Assembly: GCF_902652985.1 (NCBI RefSeq)
Contig: NC_047023.1
Coordinates: forward strand, 26,784,001 to 26,848,000
Reading direction: 5' to 3'
Origin: Pecten maximus
Taxonomy: Eukaryota
DNA length: 64,000 nucleotides
In this document: one piece after another, positions 39,080-51,300 of the stretch
Position numbering within the stretch: the stretch's first letter is position 1
Layout of the letters: every line of letters starts with the position of its first letter
Program-made: the position numbers and the translations under genes
Notes under the pieces: model-generated
Database searches by the model: none
What the model was told of the DNA's origin: nothing
The model's input: only the letters and a program-made list of their open reading frames with translations

Positions 39080-40713
39080 TGTCAATGACATTATTTGAAG
39101 AGTACAAACTGCTGGTGTTCATTGACGGAGCCTAAAACGCACTTGGACTGGTACTGTGATATCCACACATTAAATGAAGCAAATCCAAATAAATTCAGCG
39201 AAAACATAGAATACATAGAATACATATATGATCCAATACTAAACTGAATTAAGTCTTCATGTTCCGTCTTCAGCGTAATTTATCAATCTGCGTATGATGT
39301 ATGATAACCTTATCAAAAATGATATTCCTAAGTATCACTCCCTCTCTGGTACCAGACAGTGACATACATATGCGTCTAAGCATTGTACATGATGCACCCT
39401 GTGTGACACTCCGCAAATACGAAGAAAAACATTTTGCCAACTCTGGTGTCGGTATATTGGACTATGAGGGATACCGTGTCATTGTGTCACCGATATAAGA
39501 TTTCAAAGAACTGCCACTGTAAAGCGGTCACTATGGTTATCCAATTTAAGTCGACATCATTAAATGATTTAATTGTGTTAGTAGGACGTTAAACATTTAC
39601 AACATACCTCAGTGGTACTGACAGAAGTAACCATAGTGGACATCCTATCTACCATTTTGTCTCTTTTATCTCCAACTAACCTAGTGTCTCATTGGAATTT
39701 CGGGCATTATTACCGCTTTTTATGTAAAAGGTGTTTCGTTTTTTATTGATGGTAACAATGTCTCTGTTACATACATCTGTGAAATATACATGTACATTGC
39801 GATATGTCTGGTACTAAGATAGACTTTCGGTAACACTGCTAACTATGTAAAGCATATGACATAGTAAAATGTCCGTTGTATGTCAGTTTGGACATGTACA
39901 TCTATAATGTAAATTGACGTTTCACCATTAGAATTACAAATTTCAACCCAGACTTTGTCATATTTGATCTATGTATATTAAGTATGCCACGCTTTGTAGA
40001 GTTATCATCATTTGTTTAGAGATTTACCTAAGATGGACAACTTTATACTGTCGTTTTCATCATTTATTTTTAACCCACCACTTATATGATCATATGCCTA
40101 TCTTGCAGCAAACTTGTACAATTTGTATTGTCAAGAAAGCATAACATATATTCTCATATTGTTAGAGATGCCTAATTATGAGGCCCCCTGAAAAATCTGG
40201 TACTTTCCTCCGTGTCGTCTATAAAGGGGACATTAAAGAGACCAAAACAGATCTGCAGACCCACCATTGCAACACTCGGGATCTTAAATCTTTCCCCACT
40301 ACTCAGTCTTTCTTTTTATTTCTTAAATGATTTCCCCACTACTCATTTTTTCTTATTTTTTCTTAAATGATTTCCCCACTACTCAATCTTTCTGTCTTTC
40401 TATAGGTGCCGCCTTTGCACCCATCCTCATAGGACCATGGCTGTTAAACACCTAAATATAAACAAAACCTAGTAAACTGCTGACAACACGGATTATAATC
40501 AAATAAATTAACAATCAAGCGTGAGCCTAGCCTGGTATTACTCACACACACAATATTCAACCTTGTGCCCACAGGGGATGACATACAGTTATTGTTTTAG
40601 AACAAGACTCTTTATGTTCAAAATCAATTTTAAAGATCATTCTCATTTTCAACATTTTTTTTTTTAATTACCTAAGAAGATAACAACACCTGTGATTACA
40701 ACGTGTGTGAAGC

Positions 40714-40927
40714 TTTGGTTTGTTTTTGTTAAACGTCCTATCAACAGCCAGGGTCATTTAAGGACGTGCTAGGTTTTGAAGTTGGAGGAAAGCCGGAGTA
40801 CCCGGAGAAAAAACCACCGGCCTACGGTCAGTACCTGGCAACTGCCCCACGTAGGTTTCGAACTCGCAACCCAGTGGTGGAGGGCTAGTGTTAAAGTGTC
40901 GGGACACCTTAACCACTCGGCCACCGC
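40714..40927 (-). mobile_element. tRNA-derived V-domain SINE, near full-length
   Basis: Minus strand: A box gtggccgagtggtt, B box gagttcgaaac, core ggttttttctccgggtactccggctttcctcc, end ctggctgttgataggacgtttaac. Confidence 0.88.
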
Positions 40928-42889
40928 ACAATGTATATAAGGACAGACGTTTGTTGTTAAGTTTACTGGTTTTTTTTTTTTTTTCAATTGCTTCTAACGA
41001 CCTTGTATGCATTATGTATGCCAATGCAGGTCAACTCACGGATACAATCACTTAGTGTAAAATGACAACATATCAATTTTGATTCTGATGTGTATTTTCT
41101 GTGTTGCAGATTATTTTTCCGTGTAATATACCAGGCAAGCTAAGATGATTCATATGTTAAACACCACTTACTAAAATGTAATCGCCGTTTGTCACTTACA
41201 CATATTGCTCACCGATTGACACGTCGCGTGATATCCATGTGATATAGAAGTGAAACCGCGAGGTAGATTTAAACAAGGCCTTTCGCTAGTCTGTTTCAAA
41301 ATCAATGTACAATTGATATATGCATGTTACGTAAAGCAATACGTTTATGTACACTAATCTGCTTGTGGAGACTTACAATCCAGAAGAAATTATTGGTTCA
41401 GCTGATCATATGATTTTTTATATATATTTGTTTGTAAAAGCACGGATAATATGAGCATGCTATTTCTATAGATAACAATCCGAGGAACGTTTTATTTTCT
41501 AGCTTTTTTAGGGTTCCACAATATATTTGAAGAATGTTATTTAATACTGTAAGTATGAATGTTTACCTTTTTTATTTAGCGAAAAACGACATGAAGATGT
41601 GACGTTATCATAACATTCTGATATTACGGGGTTATTCATGTTTCAGTTGAACGCCGTTATCAACATATTCCACGAACAAAAGTGATGCATCCTTATCATG
41701 CGTACAAAAACCACTAATAAAATATGTATTTGGTTATTGAAGCAAAGTGTGCATTCCGGAGGTATTTTTTTACTCTATAGAGGTTGTATATCTTTGTTTT
41801 ATCTGTACTTAATAACTGACCCAAATGTGAATTACCGGTGACATTGACATGAACATCTTACAATATATAAAAGCGATAGGCTGAATAAAAGGTCTCGAAA
41901 AAACCCACACATATAATTCTGTAATAAAAGTAATTTAGTGCTAATTATGGATCTTTACAGAATTACATCCTCTCTTGTCAGTCTTGTATATCTCCTCCGA
42001 GACATTTTCAAAATGTACACTCATGCTGTTAAAATGTTGGGGGGGAGGGGTTGTAGTAAATAGATGTTCATATATGAATTAATTCCTGAATTGAAACAGC
42101 CTAGATTATTGTTTGGTAAAGCTACATTAATTATGGGGTTTATTTGGTGTCATTTGTCAACAACCAGTTATTGAAAGGCTAAATGAATATGGATAAGTTT
42201 CAATTTTGTAGTGGGTAATTAGGTACATATGTAATTTTTAATCTAGTGCAATGGCAACTTCATATTATGGTATCGTGGAGTGCATGTTCATCGAATAACA
42301 ACCGATTTGTATATTTTTTGAATGTTAAAAAATAAAGTATATTGTGACAAGCAAGGCTGTTTTCATTGTTTGTTTCAATAAAATCAGCAATAATCAATGT
42401 ACAAAAAGTGTCCTTTTCAAAATAATTATTCAATTAAGCAATAATAATAATAACAATAATAATGTGTGAAATCTGATGATTCCCGATATGTTCTTCCACG
42501 AGCGGTGACCACGTTTTAATAATAGTAACAAGACTAACCATACACGGTACGTAAAGGTAAACTCTTACCTGAAAACTTATTTAGCACGCATGTCAAGTTA
42601 CTGTGTACCTATCCTGTCATACTTTAAATAACAGACGACGGAAGTGTTCAGTGCACCCGTTTCACGCTAAACAAAGGTACATGTGTGGATTGTGTATACT
42701 GATATATTCTACACAAAGCACTATCAATCTTAAGACAAATTTGAAGGGAAATATTTGAGACCTACCGATTCCAGCTAATCTCATTTGTATCGTAAAGGTA
42801 CCGGCTTTGAACGAAGTACACGGAAGATTGGGATGAAACAGGAAAATGGCGTCATTATAATACTGGTGTACGGTAGGTTGTTAAACATT

Positions 42890-42962
42890 TGTACTTCCTG
42901 GTTGTTATCAAGCAAATAAATCGTGGGATTTATCTGTACTATTTCCTGGTGTATATATATCT
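42890..42962 (+). promoter_or_regulatory. Putative promoter of CABIT-SAM gene 2: ETS+GATA block and TATA-like box
   Basis: Same 22-bp block as 34001-34022, then ggtgtatatatat. Confidence 0.45.
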
Positions 42963-43050
42963 TTTGACATTCCTGACTGGTCAGCATAGCCTTTGGATTG
43001 CATTTGTTGAGTATATTATATATTGGTCTGTGTGGTAGAAGACCTGGCTA

Positions 43051-45671
43051 ATGGAGAAATGTTCTCTTACAAGCGTTTTACGAACTCTGGTATACCCTAC
43101 CACTATTCGGATTGTTAAGGGTGACCTCACGTCCGAGGAAGGTAAACATTTCCCGGACAAACGAAATAATGTCCTCACTTTATATGGACGAGGGCTTAGG
43201 ATATATGTACCCCCTGCCTCCAATGCTGACCTGAGACTCAGATGTAAGGACTCGGATACTTCAGACCGAACGAGGCGGAAATCAGCTGATGATGGTGATG
43301 GGGACGAGTATACCAACACAGAAAACCTATTCACTAGCAACATATTTGTGTCCGATAAAGCAGACTTAAAAGATAACCATTTCGCAGGCAAGGTTTATAG
43401 AAATGTTGCAGACATTCTGAGTGATATGCCGGTATCTGTGAAAGCTAATAAGCTCCTCTTCGGATGCGGTGATGGTAATCATATTCGGATGATTTCTGAA
43501 GGTGAGGTGCTACAGATCGACCGTTATAAAGATGGAGCGCTTAAGAACATCCTGACCGGCTCTGTAAATGGTGAACGTGTTTCCATACAATTATCAAATG
43601 GGTCCGTCGATGTCACTGCCCTGCCCGATCCCAAAGCAGATAACACTGTGATAACTGCTGGTGAAGTAATCCACATGGATTTCTATCGACCAAAGGAAAT
43701 GGTATTTGAGGATGAAGATATACATCAGACATATGAAATAGAGGTAGGGCTTAATGTGTTACCGCTAAACGAGAAACCGTTAATTTGTGTGTGTTGTTCG
43801 GATGGATACAGCAGCGATCGAATCGAGAATCTTGACAATGACATGCTGAGAATACAAAACGTTTGGTGCCTTAACGTTAGGGAGGACGAAATGAGTGGAG
43901 TTATTGTACAGGTCATCAATACAGATAAGGACTCGTCCTTCAAAGCTGTGTTTGGCAAACACGTGGGAAGAGATCCTGATGATTTCAGCTTATACAATCT
44001 GTACGGCAAACAATGGTCACGTGAGTATGCATGGTACGATCTAAGTAAGAACAGATTTGGTAAACATAAGTTGAAAATACTTTGCAAGTATCTATTTTCA
44101 TGTGTTTACTATGGTTATGCACCCTTGAACACTCCCTGGTATCTACAATAACTTTACATAGAAGTGAAAACAACACGACGGCTTGTTTATGTATAAAATC
44201 CCGATATTATATGCTTAATTCAAATAATTGTTCAGATGATTACCAAATATTGCTTTTTCAATATGAATTTGTTGGTTACGCCTCCGATATACAACCTTGT
44301 TATATTCTTGTTATATAACTTAGTCATACTCCTACATGAAATCATATCATTTATTTAGGATTACTGCCCGGAAGTTAAATATAAGAATCATACTTGCTGT
44401 CCGAAGAGCATGATCATAAGAGGCGACTAAATGTAGGATATCGGCTTTTCTCTCATTTCTAAATACCTTTCTTCTTCTTAAACGAAAATTTCGGGTCTTG
44501 TCCCTGGCCGAGGCATACTAGAGTCTCTTAAATGTTTTTTTTTTTTTTTAACTCGTACTTAACACGTAGAATAATATGACAGGGTGAGGTGTCCTACTGG
44601 GTCTTTGGCATTATGTTTCAGTGAGGTAGCAAACAGGGAGGCTGTGATTTGTAGGGCTTTAAACAACACTTAACCAAACCAAACCTGTAATACCATTTCA
44701 ATCTACGGTTTTTATCAGAAAAAAAAATAATAATACTCATTTAACAGAATTAGCCCCAGTGCGATGTAAAAAAAATACAACTCGTGTTGATAAGCGATTC
44801 GCCTCTTAACCATTGTACAGGTACAACCAGGGGACACATTCGCCATATGTAGATTACATAATTTCTATTAATTCTTCAAAATTGCATCAATTGTTATGTT
44901 AAAATCCAAAGAAAATTAAGAAATTAACATTGACATATTAGAAATATTATTACTCAAATAACTCCGACACGTAAAATCTTAATTTTAAAGTATTCTGTTT
45001 CAGCTGACCTTAAACCTACATCACGCCGAGATCCTGGGGTCCAAGGACCGCCCGCTGTACCTCGTAGGAATTTGCTTCCAATTTTACCACCTCGATCATT
45101 TGCAAGGGAAAGTTTAACCTTACAGCAGCTTCCCAGAGCACCACCTCCACCTATATGCATTGAAGCCCACATACAACCTCCTTCGCCCGAAGAGATCAAA
45201 CGCCAACTGTCGTCGCCAACCTTCACACAAAGCACGTTCAAGGAAGACGATGCCTTCGATCAGGTCAAACCGCATCCACACAATCAACGATTAATGATGA
45301 ATGAATCAAGAGACCACTGCAGGAACGTTGATGAATACAAAGCAGCACCAGTACCACCGGTTTCATCTTACACACCATTAACATCAGCTGTGCCGACGCT
45401 GAATTGTACAGACGATCCAAACTCAACTGATGAATTCAAAATGTTGAAGTTAGATACAATAACGATAGAAAATATGACAATATCGGAACTTGTAGAGATG
45501 TTCCGGTTTTACAAACTTGACCACATGGCTGATGTCTGCATGGAACACATGGTTGATGGTATGACGCTGTTAGAGCTAGATGAACATGACCTAAAAGAGA
45601 AACCATTTTACCTCAAGGGGTTAGCCTTAAAAAGGGTTCTGTTACTCAGGCAGGGACACCGACCGAAATAA
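43051..45671 (+). CDS. GAREM-like adaptor 2: CABIT, Pro-rich linker and SAM (2 exons, ~545 aa); tandem paralog of 34175-39079
   Basis: Exon 43051-44020 (TCA C|gtgagt) and exon 45004-45671 (ttcag|CT GAC) join in phase 1; exon 1 is ~95% identical to the paralog in the stretch counted; SAM ends LRQGHRPK*. Confidence 0.8.
44365..44685. mobile_element. Degenerate SINE fragments (Meta-like), related pieces near 35520-35590 and 46200-46430
   Basis: taagaggcgactaaa motif; ttcagtgaggtagca shared with 46313; (accaa)n tail. Confidence 0.45.
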
Positions 45672-48383
45672 AGCCATTGACAATATTTGGGAGTGCAAAC
45701 TTCTGGTGTTCCGTTCATTAAAGGAAATTAAACACACTTGGACTGGTACCGCGACTTCCACAAAGAAAATGGAGCTGATCCGAAATCAGTTTAGCCTTAC
45801 ATACAATTTTTTTCAGAATTGATGGTCCTATGTGTCATTTACATACCAAGATGTTTAGACATTTTACATGTTACACCAAGTCTGACACACCGCGCTGCAA
45901 ATAATACAACTTGCCAACTCCGGTGCCAGTGTAATGAACCGAAAGGAATCCCTTTCCTGAACTGACATCATAAAGCGGTCATTATGATTGTCCAATTAAA
46001 AAAACAATTAAAGTGAGTTGGGCGTTGCATCATTACAACAGACGATAGCGATCCTGGCAAATACCACAACTAGCAGTGACAGCCGGTGTAGGTTTACTTT
46101 AGCATTGTTGCGTAGCATTATGGTGTAAGGTCCAATTGCTATTTATTGTTTTATGCCTGTGTTTATTTGTCCTGAGACCTATGACCATTCCTTTTAAATC
46201 ATGGCTTTCATAGTTTCTGCTTCACGCTCAGCATATAAGTGGTGAAACGACTTGTTTGTCCATTGTAATTTGACCAGATGGGCTGTTATGCTGGGTGTAT
46301 TCTGTAATATACTTCAGTGAGGTAGCAATATGACGTCGATATCAGTTTAACACTGTCACGAGAAGACAAACACGAAGTTAACGCATGCACATAGAACAGA
46401 GGACTGTTGACATGACGTTAATCAACACAAAATCAATCTGAACGATTATATCCTGCTGTTTATATAAACCATCGTTCTTTATTGATTGTAAGGCTGTCTC
46501 AGATACATACATATGTCTACGATAAATATAATATAATTGCTATAATGTCTATAAGAATAACTCATGAGAAAGAAAGGTGTACACAGACCGACTTCCGGTC
46601 GCACTGTTGTTTAAGTATTGAAAAAAATACTTATCATTGATAAGGGCTTCTGTAGGTACAGCTCCCTTCATTGATTATTATGCAATCTGTTTAATGATGG
46701 AGTAACAAATAGGAAAATGATTCCTTGTAAGGGAAGACAACACTAGTTTCAATCAAACAAATTAACAAATGTGAGCCATGTACTGCAATGTATTACCATA
46801 TTCAACCTTTGAACGGATGAAATAAAACAATTTTAAAAATGGATCCCTATGTTGAACAGTTTCAAAACATCATTCACATTTCAAACATCTGTTTTAATTA
46901 TCTTATTAAATAACAATACATTCAAAACCAAAACGCGGGAGAGAGAACCCAAGTGTACAAGGACATATAATTGGTGTTAAGCTTGCTGTTAATGTTTAAT
47001 CAAATGCTGCTGCTGGCGACATTGTTTGCATTATAGATACGAATGAAGTTCGACGTGTGTATTCAATCCCTTTATGAAAAAAATGTCAATATATCAGTTT
47101 TTATTCTATATGCTATTCTAAGTGTTTTGTTGGATTGTTCTGGATGATTGTTATCATGTAACAGACAAAATATGAAACTGAAATACATTTGCAATATAAT
47201 CACGTTCACAGATATTGCTTCACAAAAGACACGCCGTTTGACGTTGGAGATCGATATAATATACACGTGTTTTCATCTGATTAATTTTAATTAGGGCCTT
47301 TAGCTGGTCAGTTTCAAAATACGCAATTGATGAAAGCTTGTTCTGTGAGGAAAGGTTTATATATTTCACAAATATACACCTTTAGTATCTTTATTTTCCC
47401 CTATATTGTGTTAAATGACAGAACAAAGAAAATAGTTTTCTGTAGAGTATACTTTTTTTACATGTATACATGTCATTGGGAACTGTAAGCTTTTGTGGAT
47501 TTTTATGATTATACATTATATTTGAACAGTATCACTGTTACCTATTCACTTAACAAGTTGTTCATTTATTATTGACATATATTTGTGTATAATTATTTTA
47601 AGAAAGTAACTTTTAATATGATTGTTGTTGATTTTATTAAACAAGCAATAATAGACAACAACTTGTTTTTGTCCCAACAACTTTATTTAATAACATTTTT
47701 AACGAAAAAGACACCGTACAAAATATCTTTTACATTGCTTGCAAAACACCATACCATAACAAAGCAGCCATTTCGCCATACCATCTTAGCTAACAACCCA
47801 CAGCATAATGGCAAATTACCCATATCAAGATACATGTAGCATTTAAAAATAAACTGTCGATAAATACCAAATAAGGAATGGTGATTTTGGTTAATCTATT
47901 TTCATATCATTATATCACATACGACGTGCCTAAAATATCATTTATTGCACCAATAATGTATGACGAGATGTTTACAGTTCACATATGTCGACCATTTATT
48001 CAGGGTTCCTAATAAGATTAAACAAAACAATGTCCTATAAAATATGACGTCACAAGTGGTCACTTTAAATAATGCTACACTTATGTAATTCTGTAAAAGT
48101 ACATAATTTAGCGGTAATCTTTTATGCGCGTTCCATTCCAAAAACATTGCGCAAAATTATAGCAGCGCTAAATGCGTTTCAGAATACTGCTTTTGAAAAT
48201 TGCAAATGGTGTAGGTCTGGTAATTAACATTTCGCTGATACATAATATTAGTTGTTACATCACCAGTAGTTTACAATTTGGTCAGGTATAAAGTCATGAT
48301 TAAACACAGATATACAATATTTACAAAGTCATAGAATACCCCGAAAATGCACCACTTGCGTCAATAACCAAATATCAATTTTG

Positions 48384-51300
48384 TTAATGGTTTGTGTGTC
48401 CATGATGAGGATGGAAATGACTTTCGTGTTTACACACAACGACCGGTACGTGTGCGTGGTGAACGATGTAGTCACTGACACTGCCCAGAAATGTCCGTCG
48501 GATCTTCCCCTGCCCACGTGATCCAATAACAATCATTTTTGCACCAATATCGTTACACTTGTGTAACAACACGTGCGCGGGATCTCCATGGATTCTTGAG
48601 ATAACGGCATTCAGCTAAAACATGAATAGCGTGATATAAAACCGGTATGATAACGTGAAAGGTCCTAGTCATGTTAACAAAATTAAGTATTTAGATTATA
48701 TTCTATTTCATAATCTAAACCTCCATTGTTAGTTAATTTTCATGGTGTAACAAAACTATCTGATATCCTTAAGATGTTAATGTTTTTGAACTATGTCAAA
48801 GTGATATGAATTAAATCGTCGCGCAATAAAAGTTATTGGAATGTTTGGGACAATAAAAGTAAAAAAGATATACTAAGACAATTTTGTGGACAACTATGGT
48901 CTTCTGGCAAATTTTTAAGCATCTTTACAACTGAGCCTTTGAAAAGTGAATTTTTCTCATATTGGCACGGTCATTGGGAAACGAACCTTAGTTTTTAGAC
49001 ATTTTGTCACATGAGTGGAAAATTAGATTGTTCGGTATACTTACATGCCAGTCATGGAGTTTCTGTTTGATATGCTCCATAGTTTCATGGATTCGCTTTT
49101 CCTCTTCGTCTATGACGGACTGTAAAAGTCCAGGTTCGGCTGGAGCCATGGACATAGCTGATAAAAAAATCAGTGTTTGTAACAGTGCATATAGATATAT
49201 AGATATATTTATACAAATTCAGATTGGGATGATTAATAGTTTTAATCGATGTATGAAACAAATTCGCTTCAATGTTGAACATGTACCTCTAAATGTATAA
49301 CTTTTAAATATCTCATATGCTAATAGCAAGCACCAAATAAAATGATAAAAAGGGTTTTTTTATGATACAAATATTTAAGTGTTGGTATTCAACGTGTAGC
49401 TTAAAAAAACCATGGTTACTAGTATAGATACAAAAACGGTAAAACAAATTGACAGTAATTGTTGACATCTTTGAAAGAGTACTGCTGTTTTCTTATGTTT
49501 AATCAAACCAATATAAATTAAATATGGGAATCAGATTTTATGACATCTCATGATCCCCTCCCTGGAAATATATTACATTCCAAACAAGACAAAGCCAATT
49601 GAATGATTTTAGTTGTAGTTTTGTTATGAAGTTTTGCTATTTTCCTTGATATTAGAAAACATGCATATACTGATGTCATATTTAACATTAATATTTCTGT
49701 ACGTAGGCTCTTACTATACTACTATTTTTACTCAACTACATGTACTGTATTTTATAATGACAAGTCTACAATAGTTCCAAAGGTTACAATCAATTCCCTG
49801 TTAAAACACAGTTGTGACACAATGTTCACAAACAGCTATATGAGGATCCGAAGCAGGGGATATGTTAAATATTCATACACATACACAGTACATATACCTA
49901 GGGATAAAAGATAATATCTGTAGTCAATGCCAAATATATATATATATATATATATAGGGTCTAGTAAGTAATAACGACGGTATAAACCAATATATATGTA
50001 CTGGATCCTAACAAACAAATGTTGGAAGCGTATTACTAGAAATAGAAATATATGTCAAGTAGTAATAACGACAGTACAGACAAGTAAATTGTCGAACTTT
50101 TGAGGCAATCTGCCCCTTTATCAAGACACAGGTAAATTAAAAGTAACGGATTGGATAAACCGGATCACAATATAGGTAGCCTAGATTATGATGCGTATTA
50201 CTTCGTGTGATAGATAGGGTCTATTAAGTAATAACGACGGTATAAACCAATATAGGTACTGGATCCTAACAAACAAATATTGGATCCCCTGGTTAGTATA
50301 TCAGCTTTGCAAAATACAATGTTCGCCCAAGTATGGAAGTATAATGAATACATGACATTTGATTAGTAGCCAATGTCTAGGTAAAATAAACTGTAAAATG
50401 TACATTTTATATGTTCACAAATAAATAATATAATACTAATACTTTATTCTTGAGAAGAAATATGCTAAATAAATCTTCAACCCTCTTGATATGATCTTCA
50501 TTTCATCGGGAATCTAGAGAACATCAAATTAAATTGAAAAGAATGGATCTGTATGTAAACCAATTTATGTATTAGCTTTTACACTGTTCGTTGACGTCGT
50601 AATGTATTTGGACATTGACGATTTGTTGTCACAATTGGAAATAGGAGCCTACAGCTAATTGAAGACCCGGTAGATAGTATCAGAACTTTGCTCATAACAA
50701 ACTTTATGTAATGGACATACAACACCAAAACAGTGTAATGATATGACGATTAAACATAGTTATTTCCGCCTGGTCTTTCTTAAGTTTTTGTTTTTTAGGA
50801 CTAACATTAGATTTATATAGTATATATACAGTGGAAAATTCCACTTGAAAACATCACGTACCAATTTTCAATGCCAAACGATATCTTTCTTGAGTTCTAT
50901 TTTTAGAACTAGTGACTATGCCGTAGATGTTATTTAAAGCAGTACATCATCTTCTGGTTGATAACATAACTACACTTTGTAAGTCTGTTTTCATATTTAA
51001 CCAACTGAATTAGACACTGAAGCATTCAGATCCGGATACACTGTTGTACCGGACTTACCACCTTCAGTCGTGTGACTACGGCGGGAACGTCTTGGGGAAC
51101 GGCAAATACTCCCTAAGGCTGAGAGTAAGAAAACGTACTTGATTTACATTATAAGACACTTTTCTATCTCTTGTTAAAACTTCTAATAAATGAAGCACGA
51201 ATATCTCGGTGCTTAATATTAAGCTTAATAGTAAGACATCCTCACTTTGTGTAATGACCAAATTTTACGAGAGACTTTAAATAGGCAGAACGGAAATAAG

